Positions 49,297-63,700 of a stretch of DNA of 64,000 nucleotides are shown here, in pieces. The position numbers were made by a program, and so were the translations under genes. The stretch lies in contig CAVQBK010000004.1 of the NCBI GenBank assembly GCA_963710755.1, positions 64,001 to 128,000 on the forward strand. The letters run 5' to 3'. Each line of letters starts with the position of its first letter. Position 1 is the stretch's first letter. The DNA comes from an uncultured bacterium (GTDB lineage Bacteria; Oederibacteriota; JAAXVQ01; JAUVAV01). Below the pieces are notes generated by a model, which saw only the letters and a list, made by a program, of their open reading frames with translations, searched no databases and was not told the origin of the DNA.

Positions 49297-50163
49297 ATGA
49301 CCAATGCTGCTGCCCCTTCCGGGACCGGACGGCTGATCATCGTCCCCACGCCCATCGGCCACTTGGAGGATATCACGCTGCGTGCTTTACGCTGCCTGAA
49401 AGAGGCGGATGTGATTGCCGCAGAAGACACACGGCACTCCAAAAAACTTCTCACCCATTACCAAATCAGTAAACCCCTTATCAGTTACTACAAGGAAGTG
49501 GAATACCAAAAATCCGGCGATTTGCTGCGCCGCCTGCACCAGGGCCAAATCATTGCTTTGATCACCGATGCAGGTATGCCGGGGCTTTCCGATCCCGGGC
49601 AACACCTGATTGCCCAGGCGCGTCTGGAAGGGATCATGGTGGAAGTGCTGCCCGGTCCCTCGGCTGTTATCACCGCCCTGGTAGGCTCGGGCCTGGCCAC
49701 AGCCAATTTTAGTTTTTTCGGTTTTCCCGACGCCAAATCCGGTCCCCGGCGGCGGTCCTTTGCCCAGTTGAAAGACCGGCCTGAAACCCTGGTTTTTTAC
49801 GTATCTCCTCATAAATTGCTGGCCACTTTAGACGATATGCAGGACGTTTGGGGCCAGCGCCAGGCTGTGCTATGCCGGGAGCTGACCAAGCGCCATGAGG
49901 AATATGTAGCCGGGACCCTGGGCAGTCTGCGGGAGCACTTTGCCGCCCGGGTATTGGGCGAAATCACCTTAATTGTGGCTGGTGCCCTAAATTCCAAACC
50001 AGAAGTAACCGAAAGTATTGATGAGCATTTACGGCGTTGCCAGGCTGAAGGGGCTTCTCTAAATCAGGCTGTGGCCCAGGTCGCCAAAGCGCGCGGGTTG
50101 GCGCGTCAGGATGTGTACCAATTGGCCCATAAGTTATTTAAAAGGAAATTTGAAAATGACTGA
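49297..50163 (+). CDS. rsmI: 16S rRNA (cytidine1402-2'-O)-methyltransferase
   Basis: PTPIGHLEDIT.RA, AEDTR, TDAGMPGLSDPG, PGPSA, RELTKRHEE. Confidence 0.95.
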   Translation: MTNAAAPSGTGRLIIVPTPIGHLEDITLRALRCLKEADVIAAEDTRHSKKLLTHYQISKPLISYYKEVEYQKSGDLLRRLHQGQIIALITDAGMPGLSDPGQHLIAQARLEGIMVEVLPGPSAVITALVGSGLATANFSFFGFPDAKSGPRRRSFAQLKDRPETLVFYVSPHKLLATLDDMQDVWGQRQAVLCRELTKRHEEYVAGTLGSLREHFAARVLGEITLIVAGALNSKPEVTESIDEHLRRCQAEGASLNQAVAQVAKARGLARQDVYQLAHKLFKRKFEND

Positions 50164-50256
50164 TTCATTTGGTATAGTATAGAAAACCCAAGTGCTCGAT
50201 CAAGGATTGTTACCGGCAGCGCCGGTGTTCATCCGTCACAAAGGAGACATGCTACT

Positions 50257-50535
50257 ATGCCCAGCTTAACATTAAAAGTTGCCGGTAAAAGCAATCCTGC
50301 CACCGTGGCCGGTGCCATCGCCAACAATATCCGCGAAGGCAAGGACATAGAAGTCGTTGCTATGGGGCCGCAAAGCGTTAATCAAGCCATCAAAGCCATT
50401 ACTATTTCCCGTTCCTACCTTACTGATGATAAAATCGAATTAACCTTCCGGTCCGAATTCATGCACTTAGAGCTTGACGGGGAGCGCAAAAGCGCGATTA
50501 AAATCGTGGTGCTGACGCACAAAATCGACGCCTAG
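50257..50535 (+). CDS. spoVS: SpoVS family (Alba-like) protein
   Basis: LKVAGKSNPATVAGAIA...A.G..SVNQAIKAI...F...ERKSAIK. Confidence 0.9.
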   Translation: MPSLTLKVAGKSNPATVAGAIANNIREGKDIEVVAMGPQSVNQAIKAITISRSYLTDDKIELTFRSEFMHLELDGERKSAIKIVVLTHKIDA

Positions 50536-50683
50536 CGTTTAGTTTCCTGCTTTTTGGGCTGCAGTCCGGCGGGCTTGAGATCTTAACCCCGGTAATGGGG
50601 TCATTAGCACCATTACCGCCACGTAAAAAAAGCATTTCAGGGTTTTCCAGTATTCTCATCCAAGAACTAAAAGGGAGCAGTTT

Positions 50684-52399
50684 ATGTTGTACAGAAGGAT
50701 AAAAGTTTGGCTTATGAATTATTGGGTAAGGTTGGTGATCATCACGGCGGTGGTGCTGCTCATCTTCTTTACCATTGTGGGATTGGCCTCGCTCGAGTCG
50801 TTTTACCTGCATTTGACCCTGGCCACTTTGCCTTTGCAGCTTTTGATGGCAGGGTTGAACGCCGTGATTTTTGTTTACCTCTATATGACGGTTTTCCGCG
50901 GCGGCTTTTCCCAGATGAAAAAGAAAAAACTAAAATCATCCTATGTGGATGTCAAATTTTCCGATGTCATTGGTCTGGAGCAGGCCAAACGGGAAGCCTG
51001 GGAAGTGGTGCAGCTTATCCGCGACCGGGCCAAGCTCAAGGCTATTGGCGGTAAAATCTTGCGCGGCGTCATGTTGGTGGGCCCGCCGGGCTGCGGTAAA
51101 ACCATGCTGGCCAAGGCCATTGCCACAGAGGCCAAAGTTCCTTTTCTTTCTGTGGCTGGTTCGGAATTCGTGGAAGTGTTTGTCGGGGTAGGGGCCGCCA
51201 GGGTCAGGAAATTATTTAAACAAGCCCGGCAATTGGCTTATGCGGAAGGCAGCTGCATCGTATTCATCGATGAAATCGAAGTCATTGGCCGTGGCCGTAC
51301 CTTCAATAATGAAGGTGGCCAGGAATCTAACAGTACCCAAAATCAGCTGTTGGTGGAAATGGACGGCTTGGGGTCGCGCCAGGAAAATGTGATCGTCGTT
51401 GGGGCGACCAATGCTGCGGAAGGCATTCTGGACCAGGCTATCATGCGGCCAGGACGGTTTGACCGCAAACTCTATATTGAGCGGCCCAATTTAAAGGAAC
51501 GGGAAGAATTATATCAATATTATTTATCCAAAGTTCAGCATAATCCTGAAATCGATGTGGCTTATCTGGCCAGAAAATCAGTGGGCAAGAGCCCGGCAGA
51601 GATCGAAAATATTATAAAAGAATCGGCCTTGATTGCCATGCGCCAGGGCAAGGAACAAGTGGAGTATACCGATCTTTCCAAAGCCATTGAACGCATTGAG
51701 TTGGGGATCGAACACCGCAAGGAAATGGTCCCCAGGGAGCGGGAAATGGTGGCTTATCATGAAGCCGGCCATCTGGTGACGCTCTACCTGCTCCATCCTA
51801 CGGATGATGTATTTAAGGCTTCCATCATTTCCCGAGGCGGCGCCCTGGGTGTGGTGCATCACTCGCCGCGCAATGAATTGTATACGGAAGACAAGGAAAC
51901 CCTGATGGCCAATATCAAGGTGGCTCTGGCAGGCTATGTTTCGGAAAAATTAAAATACAGCACCACCTCGACGGGGGTGTCTTCTGATTTTCGGAACGCC
52001 ATGCTGCATGCTCATAATATGGTCTGGCGTGTGGGCATGGGGGGCAACGGCTTTATTGGTGATTTTTCCATTATGCCCGAAGCGCAGTTGTCGGAATCGC
52101 TAAAGGAAAGGCTCAATGCGGAAACTGAGATGATCTTAAAAAAATGTCTCCACGATACAGAAGCAGTTCTGAAAACGCACTGGAAAATCGTGGATCGTTT
52201 CGTGGGCGAATTGCTCGCCAAAGAAGAGTTGGATTACGATCAAATTGACAGCATCTTTGCTGAATATGGCCTGGCCCATGCTTTACCGGGGGAAGGGGAC
52301 AAGAAGCCCTTGCTCATTGAAAACCAACCCAAGGCCAAATCCCTTAAAAAAGTAGCGGGTGTGCGCAAAAAGACCGCTAAAAGTAATGATAAAAAGTGA
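50684..52399 (+). CDS. FtsH-like membrane AAA+ zinc metalloprotease (paralog)
   Basis: Two N-terminal TMs, GPPGCGKT, FVGVGA, FIDE, RPGRFDR, HEAGH. Confidence 0.88.
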   Translation: MLYRRIKVWLMNYWVRLVIITAVVLLIFFTIVGLASLESFYLHLTLATLPLQLLMAGLNAVIFVYLYMTVFRGGFSQMKKKKLKSSYVDVKFSDVIGLEQAKREAWEVVQLIRDRAKLKAIGGKILRGVMLVGPPGCGKTMLAKAIATEAKVPFLSVAGSEFVEVFVGVGAARVRKLFKQARQLAYAEGSCIVFIDEIEVIGRGRTFNNEGGQESNSTQNQLLVEMDGLGSRQENVIVVGATNAAEGILDQAIMRPGRFDRKLYIERPNLKEREELYQYYLSKVQHNPEIDVAYLARKSVGKSPAEIENIIKESALIAMRQGKEQVEYTDLSKAIERIELGIEHRKEMVPREREMVAYHEAGHLVTLYLLHPTDDVFKASIISRGGALGVVHHSPRNELYTEDKETLMANIKVALAGYVSEKLKYSTTSTGVSSDFRNAMLHAHNMVWRVGMGGNGFIGDFSIMPEAQLSESLKERLNAETEMILKKCLHDTEAVLKTHWKIVDRFVGELLAKEELDYDQIDSIFAEYGLAHALPGEGDKKPLLIENQPKAKSLKKVAGVRKKTAKSNDKK

Positions 52400-53309
52400 G
52401 CTTCTGTCACCGATGCCCAAATACTTGATTCTTCTCGCTGTTGTTTTTTGGTCCTGGACCATGACCGGGTGCAAGACCACCTATCCTGAGGGCAGTTCTG
52501 AACAGGCGATAAAGGAAATCTGCCAAAAAGAATACAAAGTGGATGTGAAGGTTAAAAGTGTGGGCCACACCATTGGCGCGCTCGTGGTGCTGCCTCATGC
52601 CATCATGGATGATGTGAGCCTTTCGGACCGGGCCTTTAGTAAGCTACAAAATGTGCAGCTTACCGCCACCCGAGTGACGTTGTCCTCGGCCTTTCAGTAC
52701 GACTTTTTTGTGATCTCCATTCTTGATCCCATAGCCCAGGTCGAAGTGTCCTTTGTGCAATATATCAAAGACATCCGGCGCTTGTATATCGATGATATTT
52801 CCCGTAATGATTATTTTCAACGGATGTTGATCCAAACCCGCTTTGTGCCCTCCGTCTCGCCCGAAGCGCCGCCGCTTTATCCCCTCAAGGATATCCAACT
52901 TAAAGATTTTCTGGCTCAGCAGATCGTGGACCGCGTTAAGCTGCAGCTGACGGTCAACCTGATCATCAAACGGCTATTTGCACTTGCCGATGTGACCGGG
53001 CGTTACGATTCGGTTCCCGCTTTGGTGGACCAATACCCGGATGCGGGCGTACTGACCCTGCAGCTTTTATTCTTGCCCGGAGCGCCGCCCTTTGAAACCA
53101 TGGGGACCACCACCCTGCGGGATAACTTCAAGAACGTGATTCTTGACACGGTAAAAAAAGTCTATCGGCGCTATGAATTCAGGGATTGCGAGGGGTTGCG
53201 GGTGGTGGACAATCAAGGTCGTCTGTTAGCCTCTTATGACCGCCAAGCCCTGGAAAAAGGCGGCGGCAACAGTCTCATGCAATTGTTCGATGCCATTAAG
53301 AAAAAATGA
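52386..53309 (+). CDS. Hypothetical lipoprotein
   Basis: Hydrophobic signal with lipobox MTGC; overlaps the end of the FtsH-like gene. Confidence 0.7.
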   Translation: MIKSELLSPMPKYLILLAVVFWSWTMTGCKTTYPEGSSEQAIKEICQKEYKVDVKVKSVGHTIGALVVLPHAIMDDVSLSDRAFSKLQNVQLTATRVTLSSAFQYDFFVISILDPIAQVEVSFVQYIKDIRRLYIDDISRNDYFQRMLIQTRFVPSVSPEAPPLYPLKDIQLKDFLAQQIVDRVKLQLTVNLIIKRLFALADVTGRYDSVPALVDQYPDAGVLTLQLLFLPGAPPFETMGTTTLRDNFKNVILDTVKKVYRRYEFRDCEGLRVVDNQGRLLASYDRQALEKGGGNSLMQLFDAIKKK

Positions 53310-53343
53310 CGGCCATAGGGCTGGAATGCAGGAGGGCAATATC

Positions 53344-54111
53344 ATGGCATCACCGGGTTCGTTAAACAGCAAGCCTGTTTTCTTGGAAAAAGGAAAACAG
53401 GCTTTTTTATTTCTCCATGGCTTTACCAGCACACCTTCGTCGCTCATGCCCGTGGCCGAGGCTTTGGCGCAAAAGCAGTGGACAGTCAGCATGCCTTTGC
53501 TGCCGGGCCATGGGGTTACGCCGGAGGCCATGGCCGCCAGCTCGGCCGAACAATGGCTTAAGGCCGCCCTGGACGCCTATGATAAGTTGGCGGAGCGTTA
53601 CCCCCATCCGGCGGTAGCCGGGCTCTCCATGGGCGCGGCGTTGGCCCTGCATGTGGCCGCCCACCGTGACGTGCCTGCGGTGGTGGCGTTGTCACCAGCT
53701 CTGTATTTGAAGGACTGGCGGGTGGTGTTTATTCCTCTGCTTAAACTGGTGGCCCCCTGGCGTAAGGCCATTGGCAATGACATCAAAGGCGATCGTTTCC
53801 GGGAGGAAAGCTACGAGCGTTATCATCTTAAAAATATTCAGGACCTGCTCCAGGTCATGAGCGTGGTGCGCGGAGAGTTAAAACAAATCAGCGCGCCTCT
53901 ATTGACCATGCAATCCCAGATTGATCATGTAGTACCACCCCGTTGTATGGAGGATCTGGTGCGCTGGGCCGGCTCCAAGGTGATCGAGCAGCACCGGCTG
54001 CAAAACTCTTATCATGTCATTACCATGGACAATGACTATGAGTTCGTAGCCGAGCGTATGCATGCTTTTCTGAGCGACCACCTCCACCTGGTGGACCACC
54101 AGAACCAATAA
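53344..54111 (+). CDS. Alpha/beta hydrolase (carboxylesterase/monoacylglycerol lipase-like)
   Basis: LHGFT, LPGHG, GLSMG nucleophile, DHVV, SYHVITMD. Confidence 0.9.
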   Translation: MASPGSLNSKPVFLEKGKQAFLFLHGFTSTPSSLMPVAEALAQKQWTVSMPLLPGHGVTPEAMAASSAEQWLKAALDAYDKLAERYPHPAVAGLSMGAALALHVAAHRDVPAVVALSPALYLKDWRVVFIPLLKLVAPWRKAIGNDIKGDRFREESYERYHLKNIQDLLQVMSVVRGELKQISAPLLTMQSQIDHVVPPRCMEDLVRWAGSKVIEQHRLQNSYHVITMDNDYEFVAERMHAFLSDHLHLVDHQNQ

Positions 54112-54366
54112 GAGAACCTACAGTAAATCTTTCGTTAATACGCTCCCGTCTTTCCCTGGGGAAGACTGGGAATTAATACAATAAAATTCCATCCCTATCC
54201 AGGTCTCCCGCATTCACCGAGCAGGCTTGCGGCCTGTCGTCAAAGGCAGTCTCATGGAGTTGAATAACGTAACCGATCGGCCCTGCAGGGAATTTGATAA
54301 CCTGATGTTAATCAAGTGGCCTTAGGGTTGTCTCCTGGCCTTTTCTGAAAATTCTCAAAAAAATAC

Positions 54367-54395
54367 TTGCAAAAAAATCCAATATTGAATATAAC
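54367..54395 (+). promoter_or_regulatory. sigma70 promoter of groESL
   Basis: TTGCAA-17 nt-TATAAC, 10 nt upstream of CIRCE. Confidence 0.7.
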
Positions 54396-54405
54396 TAATA
54401 CCGCC

Positions 54406-54432
54406 TTAGCAGTCTCGGCCTGAGACTGCTAA
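54406..54432 (+). promoter_or_regulatory. CIRCE element (HrcA operator), variant
   Basis: TTAGCAGTC-N9-GACTGCTAA versus consensus TTAGCACTC-N9-GAGTGCTAA; upstream of groES. Confidence 0.9.
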
Positions 54433-54480
54433 AAACTCATCATCAATCCCCAATTAATCATATGAAGGAGGCGACACAAG

Positions 54481-54771
54481 ATGAAACTCAGACCATTGGG
54501 CGATCGTATCCTGGTCAAAGCACTGGAGGAAAAAGAAGTAAAAAAAGGCGGTATCATTATTCCTGATACAGCCAAGGAAAAACCCCAGGAAGGTGAAGTC
54601 ATTGCGGTAGGTCCCGGCAAAGTGGATGACAAGGGCAATCGACTCCCCATGAATGTTAAAGTGGGAGACAAAGTTGTCTACGGGAAATATTCGGGCAATG
54701 AAATTAAGATCGACGATGAAGAATACATGATCATGAACGAAGATGATGTTTACGGCATCATTGAAGGCTAA
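54481..54771 (+). CDS. groES: Co-chaperonin GroES
   Basis: [28 protein letters not shown]. Confidence 0.98.
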   Translation: MKLRPLGDRILVKALEEKEVKKGGIIIPDTAKEKPQEGEVIAVGPGKVDDKGNRLPMNVKVGDKVVYGKYSGNEIKIDDEEYMIMNEDDVYGIIEG

Positions 54772-54821
54772 TCAGGAATAAAACGCGAGGACGTATTAAT
54801 ATTTCCCAAAAGGAGGAGTGA

Positions 54822-56483
<1,662 letters not shown>

Positions 56484-56629
56484 GAATTCGAGCAGTTAGC
56501 AGCTCAAGTTCCTGAGCAATCGAGAATCGCTACCTTCGTTCCAATGCAGTCGATTCTCAATACTCATAGAGTTGACTAATTGCTCATACTCCGAGGCGCT
56601 GACCTATTGATGAAACGCTGAAATAAACC

Positions 56630-56670
56630 AACAGGGGACCGGAGAAAATCCGGTTCCCTGTTAGGCTTTT
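56630..56670 (+). terminator. groEL terminator
   Basis: AACAGGGGACCGGA-GAAAA-TCCGGTTCCCTGTT, followed by a T-rich stretch. Confidence 0.7.
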
Positions 56671-56688
56671 AGGATCCTTGTCCTCCTA

Positions 56689-58282
<1,594 letters not shown>

Positions 58283-58382
58283 TCTTGACCATAACCACCT
58301 TTCGGGGTGATGGCTGAAGCGCTGCGCTTATCCCAGGACCGTTTATCTGTAACCATTATCCACTATAAAAGGAGCCAAGCTT

Positions 58383-59930
58383 GTGACACAAGCACAGGAA
58401 GAACTTATTTTAATTCTTGATTTTGGTTCGCAGTACACTCAATTGATCGCCCGTCGCATCCGGGAATTGAATACTTATTGTGAAATCCATCCTTACCGGC
58501 TGACATTGGAGCAAATTAAGGCCATGCGCCCCAAAGGGATCATCCTTTCCGGTGGACCGAGTTCCGTATACGGACAGGATGCGCCTCTGGTGGACAAAAA
58601 TCTGTTTGCCAGCAAAATTCCCATTCTGGGAATTTGTTATGGTATGCAGCTGATCGCCCATCTCAATGACGGCAAGGTGGCCCCCTCGACGGAACGGGAA
58701 TATGGCTTTGCCGAGCTGGAGATTGACAAACCCGGTATCTTATTCAACGGCCTTAACCAGCGCAGCGAAGTTTGGATGAGCCACGGCGATCGCATTGAAG
58801 TACTGCCCGAAGGCTTTGAAGTACTGGCCAAGACCAAGAATGCCCCCTACGCGGCTATCGGTGACAGCGCCCGCCGCATTTACGGTTTGCAGTTTCACCC
58901 TGAAGTGGAGCATACCAAGGAAGGGTTGAAGATCCTTAAGAATTTTGTGTCCCATGGGTGCGGCTGTAACGGCACCTGGACGCCGGCCTCCTTTGTGGAA
59001 GAAACGGTCGGACGACTTCAGCGTCAGGTTGGATCAGGACGGGTCTTGTGCGGCCTGTCGGGGGGCGTGGATTCCGCTGTGGCGGCTGTGCTCATTCATA
59101 AAGCTATTGGCGATCAATTGACCTGCATGCTGGTGGACAACGGCCTGCTGCGGTCCGGTGAAAAAGATAAAATCGTGGACATTTTTACCAAGAATTACGA
59201 TATTCATTTGGAAGTGGTGGATGCCAGGGAAGCTTTCTTAATGGACTTGAAGGATATTACCGATCCGGAAGAGAAAAGAAAACGCATCGGCAATAAATTT
59301 ATCGAGATTTTTGAGGAGCATTCCAAGCGCTTGGGATCCTTTGATTACCTGGCCCAGGGGACCATCTATCCTGATGTGATTGAAAGCGTGTCGGTCAAGG
59401 GACCTTCGGCCACCATCAAATCTCATCATAATGTGGGCGGCTTGCCGGAGAATATGCGCTTTGAGTTGGTGGAACCGCTGCGGGAATTGTTCAAAGACGA
59501 GGTCCGTAAAGTGGGCCTGGAGTTGGGACTGCCGGAAGATATGGTTTGGCGTCATCCTTTTCCCGGGCCGGGCCTGGCCATTCGCGTGATCAGCGACATC
59601 ACCCGGGACCGGTTGGAAGTGCTGCGCAAGGCGGATGTTATTCTGATCGAGGAAATTAAAAAAGCCGGCTATTACCGGCAATTATGGCAAGCCTTTGCCG
59701 TGCTGCTGCCGGTCAAATCCGTGGGGGTCATGGGTGATGAACGCACCTATGAAAATGTGGTGGCCCTGCGCATGGTGACTAGTGTGGATGCCATGACGGC
59801 GGATTGGGCGTATTTGCCCCAAGCCTTGCTGGGCCGGATTTCCAACCGCATTATCAATGAGGTCAAGGGCGTCAACCGGGTGGTACTGGATATCTCGTCC
59901 AAACCACCGGCCACCATTGAGTGGGAATAA
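58383..59930 (+). CDS. guaA: Glutamine-hydrolysing GMP synthase
   Basis: [43 protein letters not shown]. Confidence 0.98.
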   Translation: MTQAQEELILILDFGSQYTQLIARRIRELNTYCEIHPYRLTLEQIKAMRPKGIILSGGPSSVYGQDAPLVDKNLFASKIPILGICYGMQLIAHLNDGKVAPSTEREYGFAELEIDKPGILFNGLNQRSEVWMSHGDRIEVLPEGFEVLAKTKNAPYAAIGDSARRIYGLQFHPEVEHTKEGLKILKNFVSHGCGCNGTWTPASFVEETVGRLQRQVGSGRVLCGLSGGVDSAVAAVLIHKAIGDQLTCMLVDNGLLRSGEKDKIVDIFTKNYDIHLEVVDAREAFLMDLKDITDPEEKRKRIGNKFIEIFEEHSKRLGSFDYLAQGTIYPDVIESVSVKGPSATIKSHHNVGGLPENMRFELVEPLRELFKDEVRKVGLELGLPEDMVWRHPFPGPGLAIRVISDITRDRLEVLRKADVILIEEIKKAGYYRQLWQAFAVLLPVKSVGVMGDERTYENVVALRMVTSVDAMTADWAYLPQALLGRISNRIINEVKGVNRVVLDISSKPPATIEWE

Positions 59931-59952
59931 CCACCATCAGGAAGCTGCCCCT

Positions 59953-60378
59953 ATGATCATTACCACCAGGATGCTGAATCTGTCCACCCAAGGCCGTGAT
60001 CACATACTGGACATCACCGAGGAAGTGCGAACGTTTATCAACGGTTGCGGCATGGGAGACGGACAAGTTACGGTTTTTGTTCCCGGCGCCACGGCTTCGG
60101 TCACCACCATTGAGATGGAACCGGGTCTTATCCAGGATCTGCCCCGCCTGTTGGAAGATCTCATTCCTATCAACAAGGCCTGGCAGCATAATCAAAGCTG
60201 GGGTGATGGTAATGGCGGTTCCCACCTTCGGGCCAGCCTCATCGGTCCTTCTCTGACCATTCCTGTGCTGGAAGGCGGGTTGATTCTGGGTACGTGGCAG
60301 CAAATCGTTGTTGTTGACCATGACGTGCGGCCCCGCAAACGCAAGGTGGTATTGCAAGCCTTGGGCAATCCAGCTTAA
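59953..60378 (+). CDS. yjbQ: YjbQ/UPF0047 family protein
   Basis: DITEEV, GATA, HN..WGDGNGGSHLRASL.GPS, LGTWQ. Confidence 0.9.
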   Translation: MIITTRMLNLSTQGRDHILDITEEVRTFINGCGMGDGQVTVFVPGATASVTTIEMEPGLIQDLPRLLEDLIPINKAWQHNQSWGDGNGGSHLRASLIGPSLTIPVLEGGLILGTWQQIVVVDHDVRPRKRKVVLQALGNPA

Positions 60379-60703
60379 ACCTGCGGCCTGTGTCTAAATC
60401 GGCAAAGCTAAACTAAGCACTCAATCTCACGCCTAGAACACGAACGCGCAGAAAAAGGGTAACAATAGAAATTAATATAGAAGGTCTTTAGTTTTGCGAC
60501 TTTGCGCGAGTTAATGATTGACACCAAAGTGTAACTACAGCTGACACAAAATCTTATCATCTCTTAATCACCTTGCTCGGCCACCTTGCGGGGAACAATC
60601 AAAAAGCACCGTCGCGCTTGGTATGGTATAGTATCCTCTGAACCAGAAACGCAACCTGCGGTTCCAACCAAAAAAGAGTTCAGCCTGCAAGGAAAGTGAC
60701 CGT

Positions 60704-63700
60704 ATGCCTTTTACAAAATTCGTTCATTTGCATGTTCACAGTGAATACAGCCTCCTCGATGGGGCCTGCCGTCTGGAAGCCTTGGTGGACCGGGCCAAAG
60801 CTTTGCATATGCCCGCCCTGGCCCTGACCGATCACGGCGTGCTCTATGGCGCCATTGATTTTTATCATCGCTGTCTCAGGCATGGGATTAAACCCATCAT
60901 CGGCATGGAAGCCTATGTAGCGCCAGGATCGCGCTTTGACCGCAAGAGTGATCATGGCATGAAAGATGCCGCTCATCACCTGGTGCTGCTGGCCAGGGAT
61001 TTTGAAGGTTATCAAAATCTGGTAGCCCTTTCCAGCATCGGGTTCCTGCAGGGGTTCTATTACCGTCCCCGCATTGACAAGGCTGTTTTGGCCCAGCACG
61101 CCAAGGGCCTCATCGGGCTGTCGGCTTGTCTAAAGGGAGAGATTGCCCAGCTGCTTTTAAAGAATGAACTGCCCCTGGCCAGACAGGTGGCAGAGGAATA
61201 CGGCCAACTGTTCGGAGAAGGACATTTTTACCTGGAACTCATGAACCAGCACCTTCCCCAGCAAGGTCTGGTCAACCGCGGCCTGATCGATCTGGCCCGT
61301 GAGACCGGTCTGCCCGTGGTGGCCACCAATGATGTGCATTATTTAAAACGTGACGATGCCCTGGCTCAGGAAGTGTTGATGTGCCTTCAAACCGGACAGA
61401 CTTTGAATGACGAAAAACACATGCACCTGGAGACCAGGGAGTTTTATTTAAAATCAGGCGAGGAGATGGAACACCTGTTCTCGGAAATTCCGGAAGCAGG
61501 CCGGCACACCCTGGACATCGCCAACCATTGTAATCTGGAGATGCCGTCAGGCAGGATGCAGTTACCCCATTACCCCATACCGGAAAACGAGATCGAGATC
61601 CCGAGCCAGGCCGGCTTGCCGCCGGATCTGGACGCCTATTTGGAAGCACGCTGCCGCCAAGCCATGGCCCAACAGGACTTTCCGGACCGCCAGGCCGTGG
61701 AGTCCCGCTTAAGCCTGGAGTTGGACGTCATTAAAAAAATGGGTTATGCCGCTTATTTCCTGATCGTATGGGACTTTATCAGTTATGCTAAAAAAATACA
61801 GGTTCCCGTTGGTCCTGGCCGCGGGTCCGTGGCCGGTTCCCTGGTAGCCTATCTGCTGGGCATCACCGAGATCAATCCCTTGCGCTATGGCTTGATTTTT
61901 GAGCGCTTTTTAAATCCTGAACGCATCAGCATGCCCGATATTGACGTGGATTTTTCCGACATCGGCCGGGAGAAAATCATCCGTTATGTGACGGAAAAAT
62001 ACGGTCAGGAAAACGTGGCCCAGATCATCACCTTTGGCACCATGGCAGCCCGGGCCGCGGTACGAGACGTGGGACGGGTCTTGACCTTAGCCTATGAACT
62101 GGTGGACAAAGTAGCCAAGCTGATTCCCTTTGGTCCGGAGATGACCATCAGCCGGGCGTTGGAACAAGTGCCGGAATTAAAAGCCTTGGCTGAGGACAAC
62201 GGCCAGGTGCAGCAACTGCTGACCATTGCCATGACCTTGGAAGGCCAGGCCCGGCATGCATCCACCCATGCGGCGGGCATTGTGATCTCCAAGGATCCCC
62301 TGTTGACCTTGGTGCCTCTGTGCCATACCAAGCAGCCTAAAATTCAAGAACCGGAACCTTCCGGCAACGCCAGCACCCTGACCACCCAATATGCCATGGA
62401 GTCCCTGGAACGGCTGGGTCTGTTGAAAATGGACTTTTTGGGGTTGCGTACCCTGACCGTGATCGATGAGACCCTCAAGGCCGTGGAGGCTCAGACCGGC
62501 CGTCATCTTGATTTGCAGGCCCTCACGTATGATGATGCGGCCACCTTTACCATGTTGGGGGAAGGCCAGACCAGCGGGGTCTTTCAATTGGAGTCAGCAG
62601 GCATGCGCGACCTGCTCAAGCGGCTCAAGCCTCAGTCTCTGGAAGAAATCAGTGCTTTGAACGCCCTGTACCGGCCAGGGCCCATGGCGATCATCGACGA
62701 CTATATTGGCCGCAAACAGGGACGCCTGCCCATTCGTTATCCCCATCCGGAATTGGAGTCCATCCTGAAAGAAACTTACGGTACCATTGTTTATCAGGAG
62801 CAGGTCATGCAGATTGCCGTCAGGCTGGGTGGCTTCACCTATGGACAAGCCGACCTCCTAAGGCGAGCCATGGGCAAGAAAAACCGTGAGCTCATCGAGC
62901 AACAGCGCGATGTGTTCGTGAAAGGCGCGCAGACCAAAAAAATACCGGCGGAACAGGCGGAGGCCATTTTTGATTTAATGGCCCGCTTTGGGGAATACGG
63001 GTTTAATAAATCCCACAGTCTGGCCTATGCCGTACTGGCGTACCAGACCGCTTATCTCAAAGCCAATTATGCGCCTTATTTTGCGGCAGCAGTGCTCAGC
63101 AGTGAAATGCATAATACCGACAAAATTGCCGCGTATATCCAAGAATACAGGCGCCAGCAAATAGCCCTGGGGCTACCTGATATTAATAAAAGTTTTGATA
63201 GGTTTATAGTGGTTGATCAAAAAATCCAGTTCGGCCTGGCAGCCATTAAAAATGTGGGCCAAGGCGCAGCCAAACTGATTGTGCAGGAACGCGAGGCCCA
63301 AGGCCTCTATGCCTCCTTCGATGATTTTTGCGAACGTCTGGAGCTAAGAACCGTCAATCAGCGGGCAATCGAAAGCCTGATTAAGGCCGGGGCCTTTGAC
63401 CACCTCACGGCTACCCGTCGAGCCTTGCTGCTGCAGCTGGAGGCGAGTCTGAGCCGCGCCCAGAAAATTCAGGAGGAACGGGCTCTGGGACAGATGGCCA
63501 TGTTCGATCAAAGTGCCCTCACCGCTGACAGAGAAAAGTCAGTATCCATTCCGGAGAATGAGAAAGACCGCCTGGCCGGCGAAAAAGAAGTATTGGGGTT
63601 TTATTTGACGGGTCATCCTTTGACGGAATTCCAGGATCTGCTGCGCACCTTCAATAGTCAGGCGCTCACCCAACTGAACAAAGTGGAAGAGGGCCGGCCG

